From positions 1,792,001 through 1,856,000 of the forward strand of contig OX638340.1 in assembly GCA_951812955.1 (NCBI GenBank): a stretch of DNA of 64,000 bases. Direction: 5' to 3'. The position numbers and the translations under genes were made by a program. The stretch's first letter is position 1. Each line of letters starts with the position of its first letter. Shown here piece after piece: positions 1 through 10,786 of the stretch. This DNA is from an uncultured Gemmatimonadota bacterium. Its GTDB lineage: Bacteria > JAAXHH01. The notes beneath the pieces are model-generated. The model saw only the letters and a list, made by a program, of their open reading frames with translations, did not search any database and had not been told where the DNA came from.

Positions 1-117
1 ACCGAAGCCCTGGTGACGGTGGGCATGCCGAAGTGGTGAAGCAGTCGAAGTAGATGCCCTGTTTTACTTAAATATTTGAACCTTAAGATAAAGTTAATCA
101 ATAGAAAGGGAACTTCC

Positions 118-1200
118 ATGATCGGACAGACCAGCCTGGCATCGCTGCCTTCGCTGCGATCCTATGAAAGTCACCGCATATCCAGCTGGAACCACTCCGG
201 CGAAAATGCCGACAGCTGGCGGATCGAGGCCGGTGAAAAACGCGTGATTGGCGAAATCAACGGCCCGGGCTGCATCAAGCACCTCTGGATGACGCTGGGT
301 CTCCAGGCGGAGGACTATTGCCGCCGTATCGTGCTGCGCATGTACTGGGACGGATGCGCCGAACCGAGCGTGGAATGTCCTATCGGCGATTTCTTCGGCC
401 TGGGGCACGGCATGCGGAAGGATTTCATCACCGCGCCTCTGCAGATGAGCCCGCAGGATGGGAAAGGCTTCAACTCGTGGTGGCCCATGCCCTTCAGGGA
501 GAAGGCCGTGCTGGAGGTGGAGAACCAGGGCGACGAAGGATACAATCACTATTTCTACATCGACTACGAGACCTATCCCACGGTAGAAGCAGTGGCGGAC
601 CAGGCGTATTTCCACGTGCAATGGCGCCGGGAAGTCAATACGAGGGGTTGGGCCTACGAGGAAGGGTTGAAGCCGGCCGAGTACCGGAACGATCCGCGCT
701 GGTATAATAAAAGCGACAGCGAAAACTACGTCATGTGCGACATCGAAGGAGACGGAATCTATTGCGGCGCACACCTGGACATCGACTGCTTCCAGCGCAA
801 TCCGAACGACTGGTACGGCGAGGGCGACGACATGATGTTCATCGACGGCGAGGCGTGGCCGCCTTCGCTCCACGGGACCGGTACGGAGGACTGGTACCAC
901 TGCGCCTACTGTCCGACTGAAGAGTACAACGCGCCCTATCACGGCATCATTCTATACAGCGGCACCGACGCATGGCGGTGGAAGGGCAAGAACACGGTCT
1001 ATCGCTACCACATCGAGGATCCGATCCGGTTTCGTGAGAGCTTCCGCATTTCCATCGAACACGGACATGCAAACAAGCTGAGCAACGACTACGCCAGCAC
1101 GGCCTATTACTACCTGTCCGAACCGCGGCGCGGTGGCCCAGCCCTTTTGCCGGTCGAAGCGAGGTTGCCTCGGCCGGACGAGGCGAAATACGGCGGGTGA
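118..1200 (+). CDS. DUF2961 (glycoside hydrolase family 172-like) protein, tandem paralog A
   Basis: ORF 76..1200 trimmed to the internal ATG at 118, which aligns with the paralog start MIGQTSLASLP. A purine-rich RBS (AGAAAGGGAA) lies upstream. Conserved motifs GPGCIKH(L/I)WMT and HGTGTEDWY are shared with the downstream copy. Confidence 0.6.
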   Translation: MIGQTSLASLPSLRSYESHRISSWNHSGENADSWRIEAGEKRVIGEINGPGCIKHLWMTLGLQAEDYCRRIVLRMYWDGCAEPSVECPIGDFFGLGHGMRKDFITAPLQMSPQDGKGFNSWWPMPFREKAVLEVENQGDEGYNHYFYIDYETYPTVEAVADQAYFHVQWRREVNTRGWAYEEGLKPAEYRNDPRWYNKSDSENYVMCDIEGDGIYCGAHLDIDCFQRNPNDWYGEGDDMMFIDGEAWPPSLHGTGTEDWYHCAYCPTEEYNAPYHGIILYSGTDAWRWKGKNTVYRYHIEDPIRFRESFRISIEHGHANKLSNDYASTAYYYLSEPRRGGPALLPVEARLPRPDEAKYGG

Positions 1201-1310
1201 CCGACAGTTCGCGGCAGTTTGCGCGTCCGAATAAAGTGAAATACGGAGAATGACCGGCGATCAGCACGGTAAAATCAAGGTCCGCCATTGCAGTCCACAA
1301 GGGAGGAATC

Positions 1311-2390
1311 ATGATCGGCCAGACCAGCCTGGCGTCGCTGCCAACGCTTCGCACCTACGAAAGCCACCGGATTTCAAGCTGGGAAGAGAACGGGGCCAAT
1401 ACCGACGCCTGGCGGATCGAGGCCGGCGAGAAACGCGTCATCGGGCAGATCGATGGGCCGGGGTGCATAAAGCATATCTGGATGACACTCGGTATTCCCG
1501 CGGAAGACTACTGCCGCCGTATCGTGCTGCGCGTTTACTGGGACGGGGCCGCGGAACCGAGCGTGGAATGTCCCATCGGCGATTTCTTCGGACTCGGCCA
1601 CGGCATGCGCAAGGATTTCATCACCGCGCCGCTCCAGATGAGTCCGCAGGACGGAAAGGGATTCAACTCCTGGTGGCCCATGCCGTTTATGGAAAAGGCC
1701 GTTATCGAGATAGAAAACCAGGGCGACGAAGGCTACTTTCACTACTTCTACATCGACTACGAAACGTATCCCACCGTTGACGCGGTGGCCGATCAGGCGT
1801 ATTTTCACGTGCAGTGGCGCAGGGAAGCCGATACGAAGGGATGGGCCTTCGAAGAAGAGCTCAATCCCGACGTATATCGCAACGACCCTCGCTGGCTGAA
1901 TACGAGCGACAGCGAGAACTATGTCATCTGCGACGTCGAGGGCGACGGTATATACTGCGGAGCCCACCTGGACATCGACTGCTTTCAGCGCAACCCGAAC
2001 GACTGGTACGGCGAAGGCGATGACATGATGTTCATCGACGGCGAGTCGTGGCCGCCCTCGTTGCACGGGACCGGCACCGAAGACTGGTATCACGGTGCAT
2101 ATGGCCCGACGACGGAATTCCAGGCGCCCTATCACGGGATCATTCTCTACAGCGGAAACCCCAACTGGAGGTTCAAAGGCAAGAACACCGTCTACCGGTA
2201 TCATATCGAAGATCCGATCCGGTTTAAAAAGAGTTTCCGCATGTCCATCGAACACGGGCACGCGAACAAGCTGAGTAACGATTACGCCAGCACGGCCTAC
2301 TACTACCTCTCCGCGCCACGGCAAGGCGGCCCGGTTCTCTTGCCGGTCGAAGAACGCCTCCCGCGGCCTGACGAACAGCAGTACGGTTGA
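1311..2390 (+). CDS. DUF2961 (GH172-like) protein, tandem paralog B
   Basis: 359-aa ORF roughly 85% identical to 118..1200 over its full length. A strong RBS (AGGGAGGAATC) sits before the ATG. Confidence 0.6.
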   Translation: MIGQTSLASLPTLRTYESHRISSWEENGANTDAWRIEAGEKRVIGQIDGPGCIKHIWMTLGIPAEDYCRRIVLRVYWDGAAEPSVECPIGDFFGLGHGMRKDFITAPLQMSPQDGKGFNSWWPMPFMEKAVIEIENQGDEGYFHYFYIDYETYPTVDAVADQAYFHVQWRREADTKGWAFEEELNPDVYRNDPRWLNTSDSENYVICDVEGDGIYCGAHLDIDCFQRNPNDWYGEGDDMMFIDGESWPPSLHGTGTEDWYHGAYGPTTEFQAPYHGIILYSGNPNWRFKGKNTVYRYHIEDPIRFKKSFRMSIEHGHANKLSNDYASTAYYYLSAPRQGGPVLLPVEERLPRPDEQQYG

Positions 2391-2467
2391 CGGTAAATCG
2401 ACACCAGGCCGAAAGGCTGGCCAATCAACACGGCTAACGGCAACCAGTACAATAAATGGAGGACCCC

Positions 2468-3322
2468 ATGCTACCCCAGGAGCAGGTTGAATTCTACCAT
2501 GAGAATGGTTACCTGACCGTTGATAAAGTGCTTTCGGACGCCGAGGTCGTGGATCTGCAACGGGTGACCGACGAATTCGTCGAAAAATCCGCCGCTTTCA
2601 CCGAACACACGGACTTGTACGATCTCGAGCCCAATCATACTCCGCACGATCCGAAGGTGCGCCGTTTGAAGAGCCCGATCGAGCACCACGACGTATACAT
2701 GCGCACGATCAAGCACGACGGGATCCTCGACATCGTGGCGCAGTTGGTCGGCGACGGTATTCGAACCAACGGCAACAAGCTGAACATGAAGTCCGCTGAT
2801 TACGGCAGCCCGGTGGAATGGCACCAGGACTGGGCCTTCTACCCCCATACCAACGACGATATCCTGGCCGTGGGCGTCTGCATCGACGAAATGAACGAAG
2901 CGAACGGTGCCCTGCTGGTCATACCCGGTTCGCACAAGGGTCCGACCTACGACCACCACCAGCACGGCCGGTTCTGCGGCGCCGTGACCGATTCGGATTT
3001 CATTCCCGAAAACGTCGTGGCCCTGGAAGTTCCGGCGGGCGGCATCTCGATCCACCACGTGCGGACCCTGCACGGCTCGGCGCCCAACTATTCCGGCGCG
3101 CCCCGACGCCTGCTCCTGTTTCAATACGCTGCCGCCGATGCCTGGCCATTGTCCGGCGCGGGCGACTGGGATGCCTTCAACGGAAACCTGCTCCGGGGAG
3201 AACCGACCAACGAACCGCGCATGGCCGACCTGCCCGTCCGCATGCCCTTGCCCGGGGCTGAACGCGGGGGTTCCATATACGAGAACCAGTCGGTCCTCGA
3301 GAACAAGACCTGGGCCCGGTAG
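2468..3322 (+). CDS. Phytanoyl-CoA dioxygenase (PhyH) family Fe(II)/2-oxoglutarate oxygenase
   Basis: The motif WHQDWAFYPHTNDD...GALLVIPGSHKG (HxD...H facial triad) is present. A GGAGGA RBS lies 5 nt before the ATG at 2468. Confidence 0.7.
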   Translation: MLPQEQVEFYHENGYLTVDKVLSDAEVVDLQRVTDEFVEKSAAFTEHTDLYDLEPNHTPHDPKVRRLKSPIEHHDVYMRTIKHDGILDIVAQLVGDGIRTNGNKLNMKSADYGSPVEWHQDWAFYPHTNDDILAVGVCIDEMNEANGALLVIPGSHKGPTYDHHQHGRFCGAVTDSDFIPENVVALEVPAGGISIHHVRTLHGSAPNYSGAPRRLLLFQYAAADAWPLSGAGDWDAFNGNLLRGEPTNEPRMADLPVRMPLPGAERGGSIYENQSVLENKTWAR

Positions 3323-3365
3323 AACCTGGGCATGGGGTACGCGGCCCAATAAAGGACGCTGAGCG

Positions 3366-3863
3366 GTGAACGACTCGGCCCAAAGTGACGCGGATCACGT
3401 GAAACACACGGATCGCACGGATCGAACCGATCGAGCGGATCGAATGGGCCAAAACGACCAGACCGGTCACCATCATCCCATCTTGTTCTTCGACGGCGTG
3501 TGCGGCCTGTGCAACGGTTTCGTAGATCTGTTACTGAAGGCAGATACCCAGGATCGGTTCAGATTCTCGCCATTACAGGGTGAAACCGCGCATCGCATGC
3601 TGGGGCCGCAGGATCATGCAGGCGGCCCCCATTCCTTCGTTTACCTGGAAAACGACCATATCCACGAGCAGTCTAACGCGGTTTTACTCGCCCTGAGCCG
3701 ATTGGGCGGAGCCTGGCGGCTGCTCGACCTGCTTTACATATTTCCTCGTCCATTTCGGGATTTCGTCTACCGCATCGTTGCGCGAAACCGGTACCGCTGG
3801 TTTGGCAGGCACGACGAGTGCCGCATACCCGCGCCGGAAGAGCGAGAACGGTTTCTGCTGTGA
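3366..3863 (+). CDS. DCC1-like thiol-disulfide oxidoreductase family protein (DUF393)
   Basis: Signature ILFFDGVCGLCNGFV...RFRF...LQ is present. The ORF opens with GTG at 3366; an alternative ATG at 3444 would give a roughly 139-aa product. Confidence 0.55.
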   Translation: MNDSAQSDADHVKHTDRTDRTDRADRMGQNDQTGHHHPILFFDGVCGLCNGFVDLLLKADTQDRFRFSPLQGETAHRMLGPQDHAGGPHSFVYLENDHIHEQSNAVLLALSRLGGAWRLLDLLYIFPRPFRDFVYRIVARNRYRWFGRHDECRIPAPEERERFLL

Positions 3864-3941
3864 CGAGTGGTATAGGTTTTTTAACCGAGAACAGCCGGCT
3901 CGGTCATCACACACCAGGCCATCCTACAAATCTATTTCACC

Positions 3942-4811
3942 ATGACGGCGAGATTCACGTCCGATAACCATCCCTTCATAACGCCCGATCTGGTCAACGC
4001 GCTACCGAGCAAGCCCGCTGACGTCCGTTCTTCGTACGGTCAGGCGCTATCTCAGTTCGGCGAACTGCGCTTACCGAAGGGTGACGGTCCCCATCCTGTG
4101 GCGACCGTCCTGCACGGCGGATGCTGGCTGTCGCTTTATGCCGACCTGCATAACGCGGACGCGCTGGCAGACGCGCTGAGAGACGAGGGCATAGCGACCT
4201 GGAACGTTGAGTACCGATGCGTGGACCAGGACGGCGGTGGATGGCCAGGGACATTTCTCGACGCAGGGCGGGCGACGGACCACCTTCGGACGCTTGCCGC
4301 CGACCACGACCTCGATCTGGACCGTGTGATCACGCTGGGCCACTCGGCGGGCGGTCACCTGGCGCTGTGGACGGCCGCGCGCCACAGGTTGCCGCGAAAC
4401 AGCCCGCTCTGGACCGCCGATCCTTTGCCGCTCCGAGGCGCCGTGGTCCTGGCGGGTCCTGGAGATCTTAAAAGTTTTACGCCCCATGCAGATGCGGAAT
4501 GCCGGCAGGGCGTCGTGTCGGAACTGCTTGGCGGATCGGGCGTATCACTGGACGAGATGGAAGAAAGGTATCTATGCGGATCACCTGCTGAATTGCTGCC
4601 TCTTGGCCTGCGGCAGATCCTGATCAGCGCGGAACACGACTGGGTCGTGCCGCCCGATCTGGGAGAAGCTTACGCGGAGACCGCGCGGGATGCTGGAGAC
4701 GATATCGAACACCTGGTCGTTCCGGACGCCGGTCACCATGAGTTCATGGTTCCGGGTTCTGTGACCTGGCCGGCCGTACTTGGGGCGGTACGGACATTGC
4801 TTGAAACCTGA
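3942..4811 (+). CDS. Alpha/beta hydrolase (esterase/lipase fold-3-like)
   Basis: HGGCW oxyanion motif and GHSAGG nucleophile elbow; 289 aa. Confidence 0.65.
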   Translation: MTARFTSDNHPFITPDLVNALPSKPADVRSSYGQALSQFGELRLPKGDGPHPVATVLHGGCWLSLYADLHNADALADALRDEGIATWNVEYRCVDQDGGGWPGTFLDAGRATDHLRTLAADHDLDLDRVITLGHSAGGHLALWTAARHRLPRNSPLWTADPLPLRGAVVLAGPGDLKSFTPHADAECRQGVVSELLGGSGVSLDEMEERYLCGSPAELLPLGLRQILISAEHDWVVPPDLGEAYAETARDAGDDIEHLVVPDAGHHEFMVPGSVTWPAVLGAVRTLLET

Positions 4812-5015
4812 GTAGGCGTGGCGCAAGATGGCGTGGTGCATGACGGACCAGCCGGAGGACTGCTGGAGAAAGCTGTGAGGGCCCGGCTGAAGGAGTTGGA
4901 GGCTTCGGCCGAATATCCTGGTCGCCCACGTCTTTACGAACGACCTCTACGAACGACCCGAATGACCCGAACCACCTCTTCGAACGTCACTACGAACTAC
5001 CTCAACGTACGAACC

Positions 5016-5468
5016 CTACTCATCCAGACTCAGCGTCCAGTTATTCCACTTGCGATCCGGAGATGCGCCCAGGGACCGGTAGAAGTACTCGGCGGCGGTG
5101 TTCCCGGTCATGACCGTCCAAATCACTTCGGCCGCATTCATGGATTTGGCATGCGCTGTGACCGCCTCCACCAAGGCCTTTCCGGCTCCCAGGCTTCGCG
5201 CGGTCTCATCGACATACAGCTCTTTGAGCACGAGCTTGGGCCGCAGGGTGTAGGTCCATTGAATCGGAAAGGTCACTACCATCCCGACAAGATTATCGTC
5301 GTGTTCGGCTACAAACGCGGTGAATAAGCGCTCGTCTCCAAAACCATGCTCGAGAATACTCTCCCGCGTCACGGCGAACTCATCGATGTATTCCTCGTAT
5401 TTCGCCAGACCGATCATGAGTTCGAGCAGTCGGTCGGTATCTTCAGGAACAGCCAGTCTTACGAGCAT
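5016..5468 (-). CDS. GNAT family N-acetyltransferase
   Basis: 150 aa with a typical GNAT core (LVGMVV...ARSLGAGKALVEAV). Confidence 0.65.
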   Translation of the reverse strand: MLVRLAVPEDTDRLLELMIGLAKYEEYIDEFAVTRESILEHGFGDERLFTAFVAEHDDNLVGMVVTFPIQWTYTLRPKLVLKELYVDETARSLGAGKALVEAVTAHAKSMNAAEVIWTVMTGNTAAEYFYRSLGASPDRKWNNWTLSLDE

Positions 5469-5548
5469 TTAGTAGAGTCCGTATTTGAGGTTTAGACCAT
5501 CCGACGCAGCGGGATCATACGCGGGCAGCCGCCAAGTCCATTCGATGA

Positions 5549-6667
5549 TCAATTCGCAGACTCACGCCCCTGATCGGCCAGCACGTCCCGCAGCGTAGTG
5601 AGAAAAGCGTCATTCTCTTCCGGCAGCCCGATGGTTACCCGCATGCCCCGTTCCAGCATAGGGTAACGGCTGACGTCACGGATGAGCACGCCCCGGTCGA
5701 TCAGTCCGTGGAAGATTTCGTCGACCGGCCGTTCCGCCTCGAACAAAACAAAGTTGGCATGGGAGGGATAGGGTCGGATGCCTGGAAGGTTCAGCAGAGC
5801 CTGGAAGACCCGTTGTCTTTCTGATTGGATTATCGCCGCCCGTTCTTCGATCAAAGTCTCCTGGGCGATCAGCTTGCGCGCGGCAATCAGGGAAATGATG
5901 TTGACGTTGTACGGAAGCTCGACCTTCTCGATTTCCCGTGTCAGCGCCTGATCGGCGACCAGGTATCCCAGGCGGAGTCCAGCGGCGCCGAGGGCTTTCG
6001 AAAAGGTGCGGGTAATGACAATGTTCGGATAATCTGAAATCAGTTCGACGCAGGATACGCCGCCGAATTCGTAGTAGGCCTCGTCCACGACGACCAGGCC
6101 ATCAGTTTCCTCCGCGATCCGCGCCGTGTCCGCCGGTGAAATCATGGATCCGGTCGGGTTGTTCGGAGAGCACAGCACGACCAGTCTGACTTCGGGATGG
6201 GCACTTTCTTCCACCAACCGGTCGACATCGAAGCTCATATCGGCCTTGAGGTATACGGTCCGGATATCTGCACCCGCAATCCTGCCCATGAGTGCGTAGA
6301 GCGTAAAGGTCGGCGCCGGCAGAACGACCCGATCACCCGTAGCAATCGTTGCCTGGAAAACTGCCTGGATCAGTTCGTTCGAACCATTGCCGATAAGGAC
6401 GTACCCGGGACCCAGCCCGTGCCGCTTGCCGATGGACTCCTTGACCTCGCCGGGAACGAATCCCGGATACCGACCCCAGTTTGCGGCCAGGGCCTCGTCC
6501 ACGATCTCCCGCTTGAGATCCTCGGGAACGTCGAAGGGGCATTCGTTCTGGTTGAGTTTGACCGGACAGTCGGGCTGGACCAGGGTGTAGCCGGACATGG
6601 CGCGGACCGCCGCCTTCACACTCCGGACAGCGGCATTGCGTGGCTTTTCATCCATCGGAGCGGCCAC
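5549..6667 (-). CDS. hisC: Histidinol-phosphate aminotransferase
   Basis: KLNQNECPF motif and FSKALGAAGLRLGY (PLP lysine). It lies 4 nt downstream of hisG on the same strand. Confidence 0.85.
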   Translation of the reverse strand: MAAPMDEKPRNAAVRSVKAAVRAMSGYTLVQPDCPVKLNQNECPFDVPEDLKREIVDEALAANWGRYPGFVPGEVKESIGKRHGLGPGYVLIGNGSNELIQAVFQATIATGDRVVLPAPTFTLYALMGRIAGADIRTVYLKADMSFDVDRLVEESAHPEVRLVVLCSPNNPTGSMISPADTARIAEETDGLVVVDEAYYEFGGVSCVELISDYPNIVITRTFSKALGAAGLRLGYLVADQALTREIEKVELPYNVNIISLIAARKLIAQETLIEERAAIIQSERQRVFQALLNLPGIRPYPSHANFVLFEAERPVDEIFHGLIDRGVLIRDVSRYPMLERGMRVTIGLPEENDAFLTTLRDVLADQGRESAN

Positions 6668-6671
6668 CCTT

Positions 6672-7541
6672 TTAGTAAATCACCTTGTTGAGCGGGTATT
6701 CCACCAGGCCATGAGCGCCGGCCCGTTTGAGCGCCGGAACCAACTGGCGTATGGTGTGTTCCTCGATCATCACTTCGATGGCGACCCACTCTTCATCGGC
6801 CAGGGGGGACACAGTGGGGTTCTGCAGGGCGGGCAACAGCGCCGTTACCGCGGCCAGATCCGCTCGTCTGACGTTCATTTTCAGGCCGACCATTTCCTCG
6901 GCGAGCATGGCACCCTTGAGCAACAGGGCGATGTTTTCGATCTTGCGCCGCTTGTCCGGGTCTTCCCAGCTCTTCTTGTTCGCTATGAGCCGGTTGGTGG
7001 ATATCAACAACGTGTCGAGGACGCGTAACTTGTTGGCTCTGATCGAACCGCCGGTCTCGGTGATTTCGACAATCGCATCCGCCAGTTCCGGGGCCTTGGC
7101 TTCCGTCGCGCCCCAGGAGAATTCCACTTTCGCGCTAACGCCGTGTTTTTGCAGGTAGCTCTCGGTGATATTGACGACTTCCGTGGCGACCCGCTTGCCT
7201 TCGAGGTCCTGGACACTACGTATATCCGAAGACTCCGGTACGGCCAGCACCCACCGCAGCGGCCGCCGAGTATGCTTGGCATAGACCAGTTCCGCCACCT
7301 CCACCACGTCCGCCCCGGTCTCCACGATCCAGTCCTTGCCTGTAAGACCCGCGTCGAAGACCTCATCCTCGACGTACCGGCCGATCTCCTGGGCCCGGAT
7401 CAACATGATCTCCAGTTCTTCGTCGTCCACCCAGGGTGAGTAGGACCGGCTGCTGACCGTGCAATGAAACCCCGCCTTGCGCATGAGTTCAAAGGTGGAT
7501 TCCTGCAGGCTTCCCTTGGGCAGCGCCAGTTTGATCAGCAT
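6672..7541 (-). CDS. hisG: ATP phosphoribosyltransferase, long form
   Basis: ORF 6672..7643 trimmed to the ATG at 7541 ([12 protein letters not shown], the typical HisG N-terminus). A GAGGAG RBS lies 9 nt upstream. The C-terminal regulatory domain is present, giving 289 aa. Confidence 0.85.
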   Translation of the reverse strand: MLIKLALPKGSLQESTFELMRKAGFHCTVSSRSYSPWVDDEELEIMLIRAQEIGRYVEDEVFDAGLTGKDWIVETGADVVEVAELVYAKHTRRPLRWVLAVPESSDIRSVQDLEGKRVATEVVNITESYLQKHGVSAKVEFSWGATEAKAPELADAIVEITETGGSIRANKLRVLDTLLISTNRLIANKKSWEDPDKRRKIENIALLLKGAMLAEEMVGLKMNVRRADLAAVTALLPALQNPTVSPLADEEWVAIEVMIEEHTIRQLVPALKRAGAHGLVEYPLNKVIY

Positions 7542-7951
7542 TTTCTTATACTCCTCGTGACTCTTGTAGGGATCGAGGTCTTTTGTCACCTTAACGATTT
7601 TTACAGTGCATTCTCTTTCTGATCTAACTTGATACTCTAGCACACTCGACTAATTACCTTCGAGTTTCCCTCGAAGATCCTACCATCAGATAAACCGCCT
7701 GAAAATAACACGACCCTACAAAATTGTCCAATCCTATTGATAACCGCACCCCGAAGGCTTCGAAGAGCAAAGCAGCACGGCGTCGAGTTTTGTATTGATA
7801 AATCGACTACATAGTGAGTCAGCACCAGTATATGCACCGCGCCAGAGTAGACCAGGCACGGATATTATATCCCTTTCCGTTTAACGGCATTCGTTATATA
7901 TAGTATAGTGATACGTACTTTCGCAGATCGAGAAACCTGGGAGAGCTTACC

Positions 7952-8272
7952 ATGCGTAACCAGAAACTGGCTCCTGTGCATCCCGGTGAGATTTTGCTAG
8001 AGGAGTTTCTCAAGCCAATGAACCTGAGCCAGAACCGCCTTGCGCTTTCCATCGGTGTACCGCCACGACGCATCAACGAAATCGTACTGGGAAAACGAGG
8101 CATAACCGCGGATACGGCCCTCAGGCTGGCTCGCTACTTCGGCATGTCGCCACAGTTTTGGATGGGCATTCAGATGGATTATGCGCTCGACGTTGCCGAA
8201 GATGAACTCTCAGATCGTCTGACGACTGAGGTTCGGCCACATCCAGCAACTAAGCAAGCCGCATCCTCCTGA
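7952..8272 (+). CDS. higA: HigA-family antitoxin-like XRE HTH protein (orphan; no higB upstream)
   Basis: HPGEILLEEFLKPMNLSQNRLALSIGVPPRRINEIVLGKRGITADTALRLARYFGMSPQFWMGIQMDYAL is the classic HigA/VapI signature. It sits in an AT-rich intergenic patch; no HigB-like reading frame was found in the 400 nt upstream. Confidence 0.7.
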   Translation: MRNQKLAPVHPGEILLEEFLKPMNLSQNRLALSIGVPPRRINEIVLGKRGITADTALRLARYFGMSPQFWMGIQMDYALDVAEDELSDRLTTEVRPHPATKQAASS

Positions 8273-8362
8273 GTGCTTGTACCCGGGATGATTAATCTCG
8301 AAAACGGGAGCCATCCTTTATCTCGGAATCAAAATGGGACGATTATACAGACATGAAGATTC

Positions 8363-8935
8363 ATGGGACCTGAAAAGAACAACACCAATACGGGACGGTC
8401 ATCCTCCCGGCCTCCCCTCGGTTTAAAAAGGGGCAAACTTTGTCTCTCACCCTACCGCTCCGAATGGCCCGCACTGTTCGAATCTGAGAAGAAGTTCATC
8501 GCATCTGCAATAAGAGATCACGTTAAGGAAATTCAGCACGTCGGCAGCACGTCGATACCGGGCATGCCCGCCAAGCCCATACTGGACTTAGGGATCGCAG
8601 TTGACGAGTTTGAAAACGCGCGGACGTGCATCGAACCGCTTACGGATATCGGTTACTTATTTAGAGGCGAACACGGAATCCCCCGAAGGCATTATTTCAC
8701 CAGGGGCGATCCGACGACCCATCACATCCACCTGGTGGAGGAATCCAGTGACGAATGGACGAAGCTGATCCGTTTCAGGGACCTCCTGAGGGCAGATCCC
8801 AAAACGTCTGAAGATTACCGTAACCTGAAACTCGACCTGTGGGAGAGACTTCCAGGTGACCGCAAAGCCTACCAGGCCGCCAAGGCTGCCTTTATAGGGA
8901 AGGTCTTACAGCGGACAGACAAGAAAAAAGACTGA
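8363..8935 (+). CDS. GrpB family protein (UPF0157, nucleotidyltransferase-like)
   Basis: WPALFESEKK...HVGSTSIPGMPAKPILDL matches the GrpB signature. Confidence 0.55.
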   Translation: MGPEKNNTNTGRSSSRPPLGLKRGKLCLSPYRSEWPALFESEKKFIASAIRDHVKEIQHVGSTSIPGMPAKPILDLGIAVDEFENARTCIEPLTDIGYLFRGEHGIPRRHYFTRGDPTTHHIHLVEESSDEWTKLIRFRDLLRADPKTSEDYRNLKLDLWERLPGDRKAYQAAKAAFIGKVLQRTDKKKD

Positions 8936-8973
8936 ATATTCGGTCACGCTGGTACTGTATTGAGCGACACTGC

Positions 8974-9573
8974 ATGGACACGAATAAGAAGATTGCCACG
9001 ATATTCGATATCGACGGTACACTGGTCGAAACTGCTGGTTTCGAAGATGAGCTATACATTGCCATGGTCAGGGACGTTCTTGGTGATGTCCGGATCCGCG
9101 AAGACTGGAGTACTTACAGGCATGTAACCGATATCGGTGTTCTGCGACAGGTGATGGAAGAGAACCAGATCCATGACGAGAGCAGAATCCAGGAAGTTCG
9201 TGCGAAGTTTGGAAAAACCGTGAGTCAGTACCTTCATGACGGAGGTGAATGCCTTCCAATCAACGGAGCCATTGGTCTTGTCGATATGCTCCTCTCTTCA
9301 AACCAATATGCGATTGGCATCGCCACAGGAGGTTGGGGACATACCGCCAAAATGAAACTGAACCATGCGGGATTTAACCTGCAGGACGTAGCCATGACTT
9401 CCAGCGACGATAGTGAAGAGCGTGTTACGATCATGCGGAAGTGTATAGACGCGCTTGGGGAATCATACCGTCGAATCGTTTACGTAGGCGACGCCGAGTG
9501 GGATGTTATTGCGACGCGGAAACTCGGATGGCAATTCATTGGAGTCGGAACACGACTGAAGGGAAAACGTTAA
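8974..9573 (+). CDS. HAD family hydrolase
   Basis: Motif I FDIDGTL; motif IV GDAEWD. Confidence 0.7.
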   Translation: MDTNKKIATIFDIDGTLVETAGFEDELYIAMVRDVLGDVRIREDWSTYRHVTDIGVLRQVMEENQIHDESRIQEVRAKFGKTVSQYLHDGGECLPINGAIGLVDMLLSSNQYAIGIATGGWGHTAKMKLNHAGFNLQDVAMTSSDDSEERVTIMRKCIDALGESYRRIVYVGDAEWDVIATRKLGWQFIGVGTRLKGKR

Positions 9574-9695
9574 AACTGGGTCGAAGACCTTGCACATCAT
9601 GACACGTTTTTGAAAATGCTCCATGCTTAGAAGGGGTATATCTATCTCTTGTACCGGATCCAGTCTGAATCAAACTCTAAAGGGGCTGGAGAATA

Positions 9696-10667
9696 TCAAA
9701 GCAATCCAGCGCTACCGAGCCGTGTCCGCAGTCCTGCGATACCGTTCTCTACAAGTTCCGGTCTTCCTTCCTCCACCCCGTAGATAACCTCGTGACAGGA
9801 TGCCATCCAGGTGTAGGTCCGAAGCCTCCGCTCGTACTGTTCGTCCAAAGCTAGCCTGTAGCTGTCTCGAACCCTTTTAACGGCCTCCGTGCCATAAGTG
9901 ACATAGATACCGACGAAATCGATCGCGGGATCGCCGACCGTCGCGTCCTCGAAGTCAATCAGCCCATTCACAGTCACCCCGTCTTCATTCATCAGAATAT
10001 GCTCGCAACCCAGGTCGCAGTGCACCAGGGCGACATCCTTCAGTGTCGCGAGTTCGTAGTCGAGAAACCGGTCGAATCCGCGTTCTACCGCGTTGAGCGT
10101 GCTTTCTTCCGTGTCCCCGTCGGTGGATACAAGTAGTGGTAATACGTTGGTACGGACTTCTTCTCTCAGCGCGGAATAGCGTTGCCGCCACGTATCGACC
10201 GTGGGCTTCACGGCGCAGGCCTTGGCGACCAGCGATGTGGGTATGTCATGCAGCGAGGAAAGTGCCGCCCCTATGGACCCGGCTGTTTCCACGGATTGTT
10301 TATGACCGGGAGATGGTCGAGCAGACAGGGCCCGGCCGGGAATCCGCCGGTACCCCGCATAGGGCTGGCCGTTCCAACATCCTGCATGCTCGAAACGTGG
10401 TACGGCGAAGTCAACCCGGGAGGCAACAATGGGCAGTACCGCCCGCTCTTTTTGAAGGTTCTCAGCGACCACACTGTTCCTGGGAAAACGAAAGATCCAG
10501 CCGGGTTCGACAGCGGAGGACTCGACTTGCTCACCATGGTCATCCGGTTCGACTTCGAATGTCCAGTAAGACCAGCCTCCAGTGATGGGCTGGATTCGAC
10601 CCTGGTTTATGCTGAGATTGACGAGCAGATTTTCAACATCCCGGGTTGTCACAATAGGGTACTGCAA
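9696..10667 (-). CDS. Phosphotransferase enzyme family protein (APH/choline-kinase-like fold)
   Basis: Brenner motif LVHCDLGCEHILM and IDFEDATVGDPAIDF (metal-binding D). Confidence 0.6.
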   Translation of the reverse strand: MQYPIVTTRDVENLLVNLSINQGRIQPITGGWSYWTFEVEPDDHGEQVESSAVEPGWIFRFPRNSVVAENLQKERAVLPIVASRVDFAVPRFEHAGCWNGQPYAGYRRIPGRALSARPSPGHKQSVETAGSIGAALSSLHDIPTSLVAKACAVKPTVDTWRQRYSALREEVRTNVLPLLVSTDGDTEESTLNAVERGFDRFLDYELATLKDVALVHCDLGCEHILMNEDGVTVNGLIDFEDATVGDPAIDFVGIYVTYGTEAVKRVRDSYRLALDEQYERRLRTYTWMASCHEVIYGVEEGRPELVENGIAGLRTRLGSAGLL

Positions 10668-10786
10668 TGATTGATTCTCCTCACAAATGATCAGAGACGT
10701 ACCGGTAACTGTGTCAGTCGTGATCTTTGTGGACTGCGCAACGGACAGCCGCGGATCTCAAGCGATGAAGCGCTCATTCACGTCAG

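Noticed and set aside
94-3349. Long antisense ORFs overlapping the DUF2961 and PhyH genes (94..942 -, 1374..2324 -, 2471..3349 -), and similar antisense or alternate-frame ORFs throughout (for example 16785..17495 -, 17663..18301 +, 19443..20255 -, 47667..48653 -, 48687..50351 -, 50943..51818 -, 57333..58145 -)
   Set aside because: Their translations are Arg/Ala/Pro/Gly-rich and low-complexity, typical of open frames arising by chance in 60%+ GC DNA. Each overlaps a gene with clear family signatures on the other strand or frame.
7600-7951. A hidden or degenerate higB upstream of the first higA
   Set aside because: I translated all three forward frames of 7800-7951. No frame gives a HigB-like sequence, and frequent stops are present. 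Treated as an orphan higA.
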